Below, in pieces: positions 17,394-28,050 of a stretch of 64,000 nt of DNA. The DNA is from Thermoproteota archaeon (lineage in GTDB: Archaea > Thermoproteota > EX4484-205 > JAAOZP01), in contig JBNAVT010000008.1 of the NCBI GenBank assembly GCA_049700215.1, positions 860 through 64,859 of the forward strand, in the 5' to 3' direction. Numbering within the stretch: position 1 is the stretch's first letter; every line of letters begins with the position of its first letter. Under the pieces are notes generated by a model. The model searched no databases. It was not told the origin of the DNA and saw only the letters and a program-made list of their open reading frames with translations. Both the position numbers and the translations under genes were made by a program.

Positions 17394-17717
17394 GAGTATT
17401 TATTTTAAATTTAGGGAACAACCTGAGTTGCTAAGGAGTATTCACGCTTCCGCTTCAGCTTCGCCAACCATTCTTGTTATTACTGCAAACCCCTTAACCC
17501 CTTGGAAACTAGTTCCTAGGACAATGCTCACGGGGACAAACCCCATATTCGGAATCATGGCTGAAACCTCATCCTCCCTATCCCTAACTTTCTCCAGAAG
17601 CTCGCCGAACATGGGCAGGTTATCTTCAAAAGATCCTATGGGATAAGCTTCAGTAAGTTTTTCTCTTGCCTAAAGTAAATAAATACCGGTGGGCAATCTA
17701 GGATCATAATAGGGAGA

Positions 17718-18049
17718 TTAAGCATTCCTCCATGCGGTGCTTACTGCGAAGCCTGTAAGAGCCATGGGAGAGAATGCGCCGGCTGCGTAGAGACAAATGG
17801 TAAACCCTTCTTCCTGAGGGGAACGGGGCTGAACGTCTGTCCGGTTTGGCAGTGTGCGGAGAAGCGTGGAGTAGAGCACTGTGACAACTGCGGAGGGTTT
17901 CCTTGTAGCGAATTTTTAAACTGGTATGACCCGGCTAGTGGTATAGTCACATCCCTAAGGAGGGCGGGCTTCTAGCCTTAAGGAGAAGAATAGGAGACGA
18001 AGCATGGGTTAAATGGGTTATGGAAAAGAAGATAGGGTTTGGAGACTGA
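17718..18049 (+). pseudogene. DUF3795-like Cys-rich protein; start codon lost and frameshift near 17970
   Basis: Manual translation PCGAYCEAC...CAGC...CPVWQCAEKRGVEHCDNCGGFPC; tail LRRRIGDEAWVKW is in another frame. Confidence 0.7.
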
Positions 18050-18368
18050 TATCAAAATAATATTTTTCGAAATCAACTATCCTGCCATTCTTAACTTTAA
18101 CCCCTTCCTTAGCCAGCATCCTGGCTTTCCTTCCTACTCCCTTCATGCCTCCGTAGCCGCCAAGCCTCCCATCGCTGTACACGACCCTGTGGCACGGTAC
18201 GGTCGGCGCATAGGGGTTGCTCCTCATTAATGCTCCAATAGCCCTTGCAGAATCAGGATGCCCAACAGCCTTAGCCAACGCCCCGTATGTAGTAACCCTC
18301 CCCTTTGGAACATGCTTAAGCAGCTCGTAAACAAGTCTCCGGTCAATAACCTTCTTTTTCACAAGCAT
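18018..18368 (-). CDS. ogt: Methylated-DNA--protein-cysteine methyltransferase family (DNA-binding/catalytic domain only)
   Basis: VPKGRVTTYG, ARAIG and active-site PCHRVV. Confidence 0.9.
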   Translation of the reverse strand: MLVKKKVIDRRLVYELLKHVPKGRVTTYGALAKAVGHPDSARAIGALMRSNPYAPTVPCHRVVYSDGRLGGYGGMKGVGRKARMLAKEGVKVKNGRIVDFEKYYFDISLQTLSSFP

Positions 18369-18446
18369 GTTAAGGCATGCGGGAATTTAACCCTTTAGGC
18401 AAGTCACTAGTGTTCTCGAATTATTCGAAAACTTTAACTGTTTTCC

Positions 18447-19769
18447 ATGGATTATCGATACATGTTAACGGTTAGCAGGAAGATGGATCTCCTGAGGTTC
18501 GAGCTTATTCAGGCGGCTGAAGAAGGAAAGGACGTGGAAAAATACAGGGAGAAGCTAGCTTTGCTCGACGAGTTGAAAGCTGGACACAGGGAACTGGATG
18601 AACTTTACGGAGGGATATTGTCCTCACCCACTGTAGCTGGTTGGCCGTATGCTGAACCAGACAGCCTAGAGGAAATAAGGAGGAGTGCGAACCCGCCTAA
18701 GGACGAGGAAGCGTGGATAAGCAGGCATGAGCTCCGAGACAGGATGCTGGGAGCCTGGTTTGGAAGAATAGCGGGAAACATGCTTGGGAAGCCTGTGGAA
18801 GGCTGGCCTAAGAATAGGATAGAAGAGTATCTTAAGAAGGCTGGGTGTTACCCGCTTGACTACTATATTCCAGAGCTTATTCCTCGTGTTAAGAGCCTTC
18901 AAGAATACTATAGGGTGGGCGGGCTCCGTGGAAGCTTGAACAAGGCTCTGAGGGATGATGATTTAGATTATACTATACTGGGTCTGCTCCTGTTAGAGAG
19001 AAAGGGCTTCAGCTTTACTACGGATGATGTTGCTGAAGAATGGTTGAACCGGCTGCCCTTCCACCTCACCTACACTGCTGAGAGGGAGGCTTACAGGAAC
19101 CTTACGCTCGGCCTTAAGCCTCCCGAGACAGCAACCTTCTGGAATCCTTTCAGAGAGTGGATAGGAGCCCAGATAAGGGCCGACCCATGGGGGTACGCAA
19201 ACCCTATGAGGCCTTGGAGCGCTGCGGAGATGGCTTACAGGGATGCTAAGCTCTCTCACGTTAAGAATGGGGTTTACGGCGAGATGCTGATGGCAGCCAT
19301 GGTCGCGTCAGCCTTCTCCGAGCCGGAGCCGCTGAAAATCGTGGAGAAAGGGCTCTCATGCATACCTTTTGAAAGCAGGCTGGCTGAGGCAGTCAGGCAC
19401 TGCGTAGACCTTTGGAGGAAGCACCGGGGCTTTGACGCAGCCTACGGGGAGGCGATGTTGAAATACGGGCATTATCACCCGGTTCACGCGATAAACAATG
19501 CTGCAATAGTTGTTCTCGCCCTGCTTTATGGCGAGGGTGATTTCGGGAAATCCGTGTGCCTAAGCGTGTCCGGCGGGCTTGACACGGATTGCAACGGCGC
19601 GACGGTAGGGTCCATAGTTGGCGCTATGGTTGGCTTCAGACGCATACCGGAAAAATGGTACTCGCCTTTGAACAATACGTTGGATTCAGCGTTATCAGGA
19701 TTGGGGGAGCTTAAGATATCTGAGTTGGCCGAGAGGATGGTGAAAGTTGTAGCTGAGAACTGGAGCTAA
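18447..19769 (+). CDS. ADP-ribosylglycohydrolase family protein
   Basis: GKPVEG, RDDDLDY, GAQIRAD and DTDCNGATVG motifs. Confidence 0.9.
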   Translation: MDYRYMLTVSRKMDLLRFELIQAAEEGKDVEKYREKLALLDELKAGHRELDELYGGILSSPTVAGWPYAEPDSLEEIRRSANPPKDEEAWISRHELRDRMLGAWFGRIAGNMLGKPVEGWPKNRIEEYLKKAGCYPLDYYIPELIPRVKSLQEYYRVGGLRGSLNKALRDDDLDYTILGLLLLERKGFSFTTDDVAEEWLNRLPFHLTYTAEREAYRNLTLGLKPPETATFWNPFREWIGAQIRADPWGYANPMRPWSAAEMAYRDAKLSHVKNGVYGEMLMAAMVASAFSEPEPLKIVEKGLSCIPFESRLAEAVRHCVDLWRKHRGFDAAYGEAMLKYGHYHPVHAINNAAIVVLALLYGEGDFGKSVCLSVSGGLDTDCNGATVGSIVGAMVGFRRIPEKWYSPLNNTLDSALSGLGELKISELAERMVKVVAENWS

Positions 19770-19847
19770 TTCTATACTGGAGACTTTTTCTTCATCTCAA
19801 TAATGCTGTTTCATCCCTGCTTTCCATTTTTTTTGAGAAACAGTTGC

Positions 19848-22805
19848 CTATGCTGCTTTACCCGTATCCTTTTCAACCTGCTTCTTCCATTCTACGTATC
19901 GCAACAGGTCTTCCCTAAGCGTCGTCAGCATTCCTCTGACGCAGAACTTGTGGTCGATCTCCCACTGGCCTGTGGCAGAGTAAGCTAGTGCTCTCAACGT
20001 TTTTCCAGGGTTCTCAGGTATGACTAAGCGTACCCTGAAAGCCGCCACCCTCTCCCCCCTATAGTTCAAAAGAATTTCAATGGCGTTAATCCTACCCTTC
20101 TCCATTAACGGTGTCGCCTCAGTATATACCGGTCCCAAAAGCAGTGGCGGCGGCCTCTTGGTTAGCGAGGAAACGTAATCGACGAAATAGTTCACGTCAT
20201 CAACTATTCTCAAGGGTATTACTGATTCAGCATGATCCTTGAACAGCTTAGCCTCCTCAATCTTCTTGAACATGAACCGGCTGGGCACAACTTTCAGAAT
20301 GACTTTCCTAGCCGGTATAAGGCCTCCCACCAAGGAGGATAATATTGCTACAAGGAAGCTGGCTAGCATTGAGCTGAACACATAGGGCTTCACCAGGCTC
20401 ACGGGGGTTGAGATGTATGCTTGGAGAAACTGGCTTAAAACATATCCTAGGGCTCCTCCTAAAAGACCATAGCTTAGGCCCTCGACGAGTAGCAGGAGGG
20501 AAACATGGCCAGGGCTGGCGCCGAGCGCACTCATGGTTGAGTATTCTCCGTGACGCTCATAAAGTGAGCCTAGTAGCGTTATTACAATCATTAGGGAAGC
20601 GAGCCCCATTAGAATAAGCAGCTCCGGAACGCTGGCGAACTGCTGGAACTCTCCAACTATAAGTAGGCAAGCCGTCTCTCCGCCTGAGCCTAAACCTATT
20701 CTGAAAGACCTGTATGTTTGCGTTGTTATCTGAGCACCCATCATGATTGTGAAGTTCGAGTCTTTCTCGTAACTTGTTTCTACAAGCTTCTTTGAAACAT
20801 CGCTTGGAAAATCACCCTCGAGCAACAGCCTGTAGACTGTTAATGACCCGGGAAAGAGCTCTAAACTAGTTACCACTAAGGGTCCTTCAACCTCATCCAG
20901 CGGGACTCCATCAGTAAGCTTTAAAGGCTCTTCAAGCACCGTGCTCACCCTGGTTTCTACAACATTCCTGCCCATGATGACTATTGAATCACCTTCTTCC
21001 ACGCCCAGTGTCTCGGCCAAATCGGCTGAAACCGCTGTGCCTCTTAGCGTGGAAGCATTAGTGGCCACTAAGAAAGCCCTAGTCCTCCTACCCTCCTTAG
21101 AGACAAGGACCTGAGAGGCTGCAACAATATACGTTTTTTCAACCCCCTCCATGGTGGAGAGCCACCTTACCTGCCAGTCCGGTATGGGCTGGAAAAACTC
21201 GTTGATTAAAACCTCGTTCTGCTGATCCATGCCCCTGAAAATAGATGTGACTGTAGTCACGTGAGAACTGATGCTTAGCCCACGGAATTCCGAGGGATAG
21301 GCTGCCTCCCTTACTGTTGTAAGCGTGCCGATCGCCAGGAGGCTTCCAGAGGCTGCGGAGACAACCGCTATCGTAACTATGGTGAGAATCGTCCGAAATA
21401 TTCTTCTACGCATACTTTTGACAGAATACCAGAAAAGGTCGCTGATAAGCGTCCCCTTGGCTTCCAGCACCATTATGCCCAATACCAGCAGCGTCATGAT
21501 GGCGGTTAACAATGACACGATTATTGATACTGAAGATAGTCGAGAAATAGCTTCAGGGTTAAGAACCGCAACCGCCATCTTGGCCTGCGGAATAAGAATT
21601 ATCTCCACAATAATGAGTATTGCGAACAATCCGATAATTATTAGCCTTCTTCTCTTCTCGATTAATACGCCCGCTATGGATGAAACGAAGAAGGTGAACG
21701 TAATTAGGAAGAGGAACATTGCAATACTGTCGCTCTTGGCTTGGCTTAAGGCGTCAAGCGCGTTCTCCGCCTTGATAATGCTTTTCTCGAGGAACCCGAA
21801 GCCTGTTTCAAAATCGCCTCTTGCTAAAGCAGCCTCACTCTCCCTCAGCAGCATCATGGCGTAGTCGATTTCTTTCAAATATTTTTCAGCGTCGAAACCT
21901 ACTTTAGACAGGAAGTCCCGCTCCTCGGAAGCGAAGGACTCGAGAAAATTCTTCAGATGTTCGACTTCTAAAAACACTATGCTGGTGTTGCTTGTTCTGC
22001 AAGAAATGTTCATCGGTATACCCACTCCTCTTGCTGAAGAGGATACGGTGCCGTACTTGCCCAAGAGTCCGGCTAGCCTACTTTCCGGGTTTAAGAAGGC
22101 AAACAGCATCACGGAGCCTTCTTGAGGAATCGGCACATAGTAATTTTCATCATCCTCCCAACCACCCATTCCCCAAATCCCCCACAGTTCGAAGCCGGCT
22201 GCTTCCCCGCTCGGCGCCTCTTTCCTTATAACGGTGAGACAACCATTACGCAGGTCCTCTCTCTCCGCCTCGGGTATGACGGCATCTCCCTCGGCAAATA
22301 TGGTTACACTACCACCAGATAACGTTAGCACACCGGTAGCGTTAATGAGGAGGCTGCGTCTCCCATAGCCGCGTGGTATTAGTATTGAGGTTGAACCCGG
22401 GTAAGCCTCTCCATATCCAAAGCTCATGTGAATCATGTTAGCGTCCACAGCGGTGTAGACTGCAGCCAGCCTCATTACATAGCTTTCCCCAAGGCTTATT
22501 GGCGTCGAGTAAAGCCTCCCCTGGCTTATCGTAACATAGTTTGAAGTTTCGTTGAACTCTTCCGGATTTTTTGAAACATGAAACACCGCGTTGCCGAGGA
22601 TCACAGTGCCTGAAGTTATGAGGATCGAGCCGTTCGCAACGCTCCCGGCTTTAAGCTCTCCTTCAAAACGAATCTTTACAGGGACTATTATTGAACCGGA
22701 GACAGTAACTACGCCTTTGAAAAAGGTTTCAGAGCTCAGAACAAGCATCACTGTAACTATGCTTAAAATGGTCTTGCAGTGGTCTGGAAGAGTTTTCTTT
22801 TCCAC
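19848..22805 (-). CDS. Large FtsX/MacB-like permease family membrane protein
   Basis: C-terminal ERHGEYSTMSALGASP...EG FtsX motif and multiple TMs. Start moved to GTG 22805, which follows a TATA-like element. Confidence 0.75.
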   Translation of the reverse strand: MEKKTLPDHCKTILSIVTVMLVLSSETFFKGVVTVSGSIIVPVKIRFEGELKAGSVANGSILITSGTVILGNAVFHVSKNPEEFNETSNYVTISQGRLYSTPISLGESYVMRLAAVYTAVDANMIHMSFGYGEAYPGSTSILIPRGYGRRSLLINATGVLTLSGGSVTIFAEGDAVIPEAEREDLRNGCLTVIRKEAPSGEAAGFELWGIWGMGGWEDDENYYVPIPQEGSVMLFAFLNPESRLAGLLGKYGTVSSSARGVGIPMNISCRTSNTSIVFLEVEHLKNFLESFASEERDFLSKVGFDAEKYLKEIDYAMMLLRESEAALARGDFETGFGFLEKSIIKAENALDALSQAKSDSIAMFLFLITFTFFVSSIAGVLIEKRRRLIIIGLFAILIIVEIILIPQAKMAVAVLNPEAISRLSSVSIIVSLLTAIMTLLVLGIMVLEAKGTLISDLFWYSVKSMRRRIFRTILTIVTIAVVSAASGSLLAIGTLTTVREAAYPSEFRGLSISSHVTTVTSIFRGMDQQNEVLINEFFQPIPDWQVRWLSTMEGVEKTYIVAASQVLVSKEGRRTRAFLVATNASTLRGTAVSADLAETLGVEEGDSIVIMGRNVVETRVSTVLEEPLKLTDGVPLDEVEGPLVVTSLELFPGSLTVYRLLLEGDFPSDVSKKLVETSYEKDSNFTIMMGAQITTQTYRSFRIGLGSGGETACLLIVGEFQQFASVPELLILMGLASLMIVITLLGSLYERHGEYSTMSALGASPGHVSLLLLVEGLSYGLLGGALGYVLSQFLQAYISTPVSLVKPYVFSSMLASFLVAILSSLVGGLIPARKVILKVVPSRFMFKKIEEAKLFKDHAESVIPLRIVDDVNYFVDYVSSLTKRPPPLLLGPVYTEATPLMEKGRINAIEILLNYRGERVAAFRVRLVIPENPGKTLRALAYSATGQWEIDHKFCVRGMLTTLREDLLRYVEWKKQVEKDTGKAA

Positions 22806-23078
22806 TCTAAAGCCCCACTTCGTAAGAAAAGGATATAAGCTTTTTATGAAGCATTGATGTTCGTCGGTGCTGCACATTGTTGTGTCCGGCGCAGCAGGCA
22901 TGATTGAAAAACTCTTCGCATTTCAAGCCAGCTCTCTAAGCAATAATTCTAGCATCGGCTAGCCGTGTTGCCGCTTAAGAGGAATGTTTAACATTTACGT
23001 GTAAAAAATGACGTTCTCAACCTCCTCCTTTTTGTAAAAATTTAAATGCTCCCCCTCCTAATCGGCTTTCGAGCCAAG

Positions 23079-24362
23079 ATGAGCCTGTCCAAGTTTGGCG
23101 GGACGACGATTCTTCTGCTAGCAATCTTCCTCATAATAGGACTGGCTGCAGGATACTTCGTGGGTGGTGCAGGTAAAGTTCCCGAGTCGCAGTACAAAGA
23201 GCTTCAGACATCGTACAACCAGCTTCAGACGCTGTACAACCAGCTTCAGCAAAACGTCAGCTCGCTCGCCAGGAAGCTTAAAGCAGGATTCATATATGTG
23301 GGTCCAGTGGAAGACTTCGGCTGGACTGCTGCACACCATCAGGCTAAGCTGTATGTTGAAAAACTCTTCCCGTGGCTTGAGACTGTTTACGTAGAGTCTG
23401 TCCCTGAGGCTGAGGCTGCGAGGTATATCGAGAGGCTTGTTACTGAGGAGAATGTTGACGTGGTTTTCACAACAAGCTTCGGATTCATGGATCCGACTAT
23501 AGAGGTTGCTCAGAAATATCCTAACAAAATGTTCTTCCACTGCAGTGGTTTCAAAAGAGCCCCTAACTCTGGAACATACTTTGCGGACTTCTATCAGGTT
23601 TATTATCTGAACGGGTTGATGGCTGGCGCCCTGACTAAGAGCAACAAGGTTGGCTACGTGGCAGCCTACCCGATACCGGAAGTCCTCAGACACATCAACG
23701 CGTTCGCACTGGGTGTTAAGGAGGCTAATCCTGAGGCAAAGGTCTACGTGAGATGGCTATTCGCATGGTATGATCCGACTCACGCTAGGGAGGCTGCTCA
23801 GGCACTTGTGAGCATTGGCGTCGATACAATCGCCTTCACAGAGGACTCCACAGCCATAGTTGAGTTCGCTCAGGAACAGTACCGGCAGGGGAAGACGCTT
23901 TATGTTTTCTCTCACTACAGCCCGATGCAGGATGTTGGTCCCGATGTCGTTGTAAGCGGTCAGATAGTCCACTGGGAGGTTATTTACGCCGACATACTTA
24001 TGAAGATCAGGCTGGGTATATACAATAATACTAACCTAGCTAATGTCGACTACCTTTGGCTGCTCAAGGAGGGTGCGGTGGAACTCGGGGGCAAGCCTGG
24101 AGTACCGATAAACCCGAAGTTCGTCAGCGAGTTGAAGAGTAAGTATCTGCCTGGTCAATCAGTAAGCGTGTACGACGCTGTTATGACTAGGCTTACGTTG
24201 ATGAAGGACGCTAACGTGCCTTTCGACCCGTTCACCGGTCCGATTAGAGACCAGGCTGGGAACGTTAAGATTCCAGCGGGCCAGAGGGCGACTATAGCTC
24301 AGCTCTTCACAGAAGAGATGAACTGGTTCCTGGACAACATAATAGGATCGCCGTCAGGATGA
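23079..24362 (+). CDS. BMP-family (nucleoside-type) ABC transporter substrate-binding protein
   Basis: GPVEDFGW, FTTSFGF, INAFALG; N-terminal TM plus heptad coiled coil. Confidence 0.92.
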   Translation: MSLSKFGGTTILLLAIFLIIGLAAGYFVGGAGKVPESQYKELQTSYNQLQTLYNQLQQNVSSLARKLKAGFIYVGPVEDFGWTAAHHQAKLYVEKLFPWLETVYVESVPEAEAARYIERLVTEENVDVVFTTSFGFMDPTIEVAQKYPNKMFFHCSGFKRAPNSGTYFADFYQVYYLNGLMAGALTKSNKVGYVAAYPIPEVLRHINAFALGVKEANPEAKVYVRWLFAWYDPTHAREAAQALVSIGVDTIAFTEDSTAIVEFAQEQYRQGKTLYVFSHYSPMQDVGPDVVVSGQIVHWEVIYADILMKIRLGIYNNTNLANVDYLWLLKEGAVELGGKPGVPINPKFVSELKSKYLPGQSVSVYDAVMTRLTLMKDANVPFDPFTGPIRDQAGNVKIPAGQRATIAQLFTEEMNWFLDNIIGSPSG

Positions 24363-24415
24363 TTCGAGAAACGTTTCTTCACCTGTTTTTTTTCTCCAAA
24401 GGATGTTGACAAGGC

Positions 24416-25930
24416 TTGGCGAATAATTCTAATTATCTTGTTGAAATGCGGGGGATTGTTAAACGGTTCCCCACGGTTGTCGCGCTGGATAATGTTGATT
24501 TCCGGGTTAGGCAGGGTGAAATACATGCTCTTCTAGGCGAGAACGGTGCTGGTAAAACAACCCTGATGAGAATACTCTACGGCATGTATAAGCCTGACGC
24601 TGGGGAGATAATTGTAGAGGGCCGTAGGGTAAGCATAGGTTCGCCAAGGGATGCGCTGAAAATGGGGATAGGAATGGTTCACCAGCATTTCATGCTTGTG
24701 GATAAGCTTACTGTTTTGGAGAACATTGCGCTGTTTGTCGAGGACAGCTTAAGAACGGGTTTTGACAGGATTAGGAGTGGAGTGGAGGAGCTTTCTAAGA
24801 CGTATGGTTTAAAGATTGATCTAGATGCGAAAATCTGGCAGCTTTCAGCAGGGGAGCAGCAGAAGGTTGAAATAGTGAAAACGCTCTACAGGAATGTTAA
24901 ACTCCTTATCCTGGACGAGCCTACTTCAGTCTTGACACCTGCCGAGTCAGAGGAGCTTTTCAAATCTTTAAGGAGGATGGTTGAGACAGGCAAGTCAATC
25001 ATCCTGATAACACATAGGCTTAACGAGGCGCTTACGGCCAGCGATTCTATAACTGTTCTGAGGAAGGGAAGAGTTGTGGCGGCTGAAGTTAAGCCACGTG
25101 AGGCGAGCAGGCTTGACCTAGTTAACATGATAGTCGGCAGGCCTTTGGAGTTCAGGCCTAGGGTTGGCGATTTTAAGAAAGGCGGCAAGCCTGTTTTAGA
25201 AGTTGAGAATCTAAGGGTTTTGGATGACAGGGGGCTCGTAGCAGTTAAGGATATCTCCTTCGTTCTGAAAGAAGGCGAGATCCTGGGTGTAGCGGGGGTT
25301 GCGGGGAATGGTCAGAGGGAGCTTGTCGAAGCCCTCACGGGTCTGAGGAGAGTTGAAAAAGGAATTGTGAAAATAATGGGGGTGGATGTTACGAATGCTT
25401 CTCCTAAGAATATTATCCGACTGGGTGTTGCCCACATCCCTGAGGACAGGTTTAGGTATGGTGTTGCACCTGATCTTAGTGTTGCGGAGAACATGGTTAT
25501 GAAGCTCTACGGGGAAAAGTTTTCAAGGAAATTATTTATGGATAGTGAGGCGATTCAAAGGGAGACGGAGAAGCTTGTTCAGGAGTTTGAGATAGTTGCG
25601 CCGGGCGTGAATGCTCCAGTAAGCCTCCTCTCAGGCGGGAACATTCAGAAGCTGATAGTGGCGAGAGAGCTTTCAATAAATCCCAAGATACTTGTCGCGA
25701 GCAACCCTACTTCAGGCCTGGATGTTGCTTCCACGAACTATGTGCACTGGGTTTTCCACAGGCTTAGGGAAGCTGGGGGCAGTGTCCTCCTTGTTTCCGA
25801 AGACCTGGATGAGGTTTTAGCTTTGAGCAACAGGATACTTGTGATGAAGGAGGGTAGAATAGTTAGAGAATTTGGGGAGGGGGCTTCGATCAGCGAAGTC
25901 GGGCTTGCGATGACGTTGGGAGCGGCGTAG
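24416..25930 (+). CDS. ABC transporter ATP-binding protein (fused double domain, nucleoside/sugar type)
   Basis: GENGAGKT, LILDEPT and LSGGNIQK. Confidence 0.95.
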   Translation: MANNSNYLVEMRGIVKRFPTVVALDNVDFRVRQGEIHALLGENGAGKTTLMRILYGMYKPDAGEIIVEGRRVSIGSPRDALKMGIGMVHQHFMLVDKLTVLENIALFVEDSLRTGFDRIRSGVEELSKTYGLKIDLDAKIWQLSAGEQQKVEIVKTLYRNVKLLILDEPTSVLTPAESEELFKSLRRMVETGKSIILITHRLNEALTASDSITVLRKGRVVAAEVKPREASRLDLVNMIVGRPLEFRPRVGDFKKGGKPVLEVENLRVLDDRGLVAVKDISFVLKEGEILGVAGVAGNGQRELVEALTGLRRVEKGIVKIMGVDVTNASPKNIIRLGVAHIPEDRFRYGVAPDLSVAENMVMKLYGEKFSRKLFMDSEAIQRETEKLVQEFEIVAPGVNAPVSLLSGGNIQKLIVARELSINPKILVASNPTSGLDVASTNYVHWVFHRLREAGGSVLLVSEDLDEVLALSNRILVMKEGRIVREFGEGASISEVGLAMTLGAA

Positions 25931-25982
25931 CCATGAACAGTGGAAGTATTAAAATACGCACGTTGAAGCGGCGGTGTGAAGA

Positions 25983-27059
25983 TTGGAGATAGGGCTGGAG
26001 AGAAGGCCAACCGTATCTAGGAGGATAAACATATTCGTCAGAATACTCGCCATCCTGCTTTCACTACCGTTTATAGGCCTCTTATTCGCTGCTTACGGTG
26101 TGAACCCGGTTGACGCCTATCTAAGGATCTTCACAGGAGGCTTTGGAAGCCCCTACGGTTTCTCAGAGACGATCGTGAAGACACTGCCAATAGGGTTATG
26201 CGCCGTCGGGCTCACCTTCGCCTATAGGGCGCGGGTGTCAAACATAGGCGCCGAGGGGCAGCTGATAATGGGCTCCATGGCTGCAACATGGGTCGCACTG
26301 TACTCCGGTCTTCCGCAGAGCGTAATCATTATTGCGATGCTGCTTACAGGCTTTACAGTCGGGGCTGCATGGGCATTGCTGCCGGCTGTGTTGAAATCAT
26401 GGCTCAACATTAATGAAGTCATAGTAACCCTCATGATGAACTACATATCGTTAAAGCTGCTGGACTACGTGGTGACTGGCCCATGGAGAGGGTTAACTCA
26501 ATGGGGTTTTCCCCAGACTGATCCTTTCCCCAGCTACGCTAGGTTCCCCACCATAGGGGGAACCAGGATACACTACTATACTCTTGCGTTGCTCTCTGCT
26601 TCAACACTTATCCTATACGTGTTGATGAAGAGGACGAAGATCGGATATGAGATCAGGGTCGTGGGGAGTAATCCGGAGGCAGCTAAGTATGCTGGGATAA
26701 GCGTGAGCAGGAATACTCTGCTAGTCATGCTGGTCAGCGGGGGGCTCGCTGGGATTGCTGGGGTCGGGGAAGTCGCCGGCATACATGGGCGCCTCATAAG
26801 GGGAATATCCCCTGGATACGGTTATACTGCTATAATCCCGGCTTGGCTCGGTGGGCTTGATCCTCTTGGAACCCTTGTAGCGTCATTCTTCATAAGCGGC
26901 TTGATGGTTGGGGGTGACGCGATACAGGTTTCCCTCAGGTTGCCGTCCAGCCTTGTATACGTGTTCAACGGTGTGATTCTCCTCTTCATCATCAGCAGCG
27001 AGATCCTGGCTAGGTACAGGATAGTGTTTAAAATAGGTGGTAGAAGAATATGGATATAG
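25983..27059 (+). CDS. ABC transporter permease
   Basis: NIGAEGQ and GSNPEAAKYAGI motifs; multi-TM. Confidence 0.92.
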   Translation: MEIGLERRPTVSRRINIFVRILAILLSLPFIGLLFAAYGVNPVDAYLRIFTGGFGSPYGFSETIVKTLPIGLCAVGLTFAYRARVSNIGAEGQLIMGSMAATWVALYSGLPQSVIIIAMLLTGFTVGAAWALLPAVLKSWLNINEVIVTLMMNYISLKLLDYVVTGPWRGLTQWGFPQTDPFPSYARFPTIGGTRIHYYTLALLSASTLILYVLMKRTKIGYEIRVVGSNPEAAKYAGISVSRNTLLVMLVSGGLAGIAGVGEVAGIHGRLIRGISPGYGYTAIIPAWLGGLDPLGTLVASFFISGLMVGGDAIQVSLRLPSSLVYVFNGVILLFIISSEILARYRIVFKIGGRRIWI

Positions 27060-27964
27060 CTGCCTCAATACTGGCTGAAGCCGTTAGAGCCGGGACGCCG
27101 CTAATGCTCGCGACCCTGGGAGAAATATATTGTGAAAGATCCGGAGTTTTAAACCTTGGGCTTGACGGTGTGATGACGATGGGAGCCCTAGCGGGCTTCG
27201 CCGCAACATGGCTCACAGGGTCAGTCTGGATTGGCCTGGCTGTGGCAATGCTTGTCGGAGGCCTATTCTCTCTAATACACGCGTTCACAAGCATAAGTCT
27301 CGGAGTCAACCAGACTGTTTCAGGCTTGGCTCTCGCAATGCTCGGCACAGGGGTCAGCAGCCTCTTGGGGGCAAAATACGTGGGGCAGCCCCTTAGAGAC
27401 AGTCTTCCAACCCTCCAAATACCAGTTTTGACGGAAATACCTTTGGCAGGCGGCCTCTTCTGCCATGACCCGGTTGTATACTTGGGAATAGTTCTTTCAA
27501 TATTAATGTGGCTTATCCTTTTTAAAACAAGGCTTGGAATAACAGTGAGAGCCGTGGGGGAGAAGCCTGAGGCTGCAGATGCTGCAGGAGTCAACGTATA
27601 CCTGGTAAGATACTTATGTGTTTTTCTAGGCGGGGTACTTGGGGGTCTCGGCGGCGCTTACGTAACCCTCTCCTATACTCCGGGCTGGAGAGAGGGCGTT
27701 ATGATGGGCAGAGGATGGATAGCCCTAGCACTCACGATATTCTCCCTGTGGAACCCTCTTGGAAGCTTGATCGGAGCATACCTTTTCGGAGGTGTTGAAG
27801 TCCTCCAGTTTCACCTTCAGGAATACGGGGTTCCGGCAAGCCTGCTCGGAACGCTCCCGTATGTTTCTACAATCATAGTGCTGGTCGCCAGCTCACTAGG
27901 CTTGTTGAGAAAAAGACTCGGCGCACCCGCGGCTCTGGGCACACCGTATAGAAGGGAAGGCTAA
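27050..27964 (+). CDS. ABC transporter permease
   Basis: ERSGVLNLG, GEKPEAADAAGV, GRGWIALA, PAALGTPY. Confidence 0.92.
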   Translation: MDIAASILAEAVRAGTPLMLATLGEIYCERSGVLNLGLDGVMTMGALAGFAATWLTGSVWIGLAVAMLVGGLFSLIHAFTSISLGVNQTVSGLALAMLGTGVSSLLGAKYVGQPLRDSLPTLQIPVLTEIPLAGGLFCHDPVVYLGIVLSILMWLILFKTRLGITVRAVGEKPEAADAAGVNVYLVRYLCVFLGGVLGGLGGAYVTLSYTPGWREGVMMGRGWIALALTIFSLWNPLGSLIGAYLFGGVEVLQFHLQEYGVPASLLGTLPYVSTIIVLVASSLGLLRKRLGAPAALGTPYRREG

Positions 27965-28050
27965 AGTCTCCACACCCTTTCTGAAAGCAGCATGTGAAAG
28001 CAGGTTTACACTCAAAAGCTTTATTATGGTTCCGATACTGTTTTTTCTCC

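Noticed and set aside
17440..17695. Short minus-strand frame AREKLTEAYPIGSFEDNL...EAEAEA preceded by TAG
   Set aside because: It looks coding but has no recognisable family or secure start.
23199..23253. 21-bp tandem repeat
   Set aside because: It encodes the heptad coiled coil (ELQTSYN-QLQTLYN) of the BMP protein; not a CRISPR or regulatory repeat.
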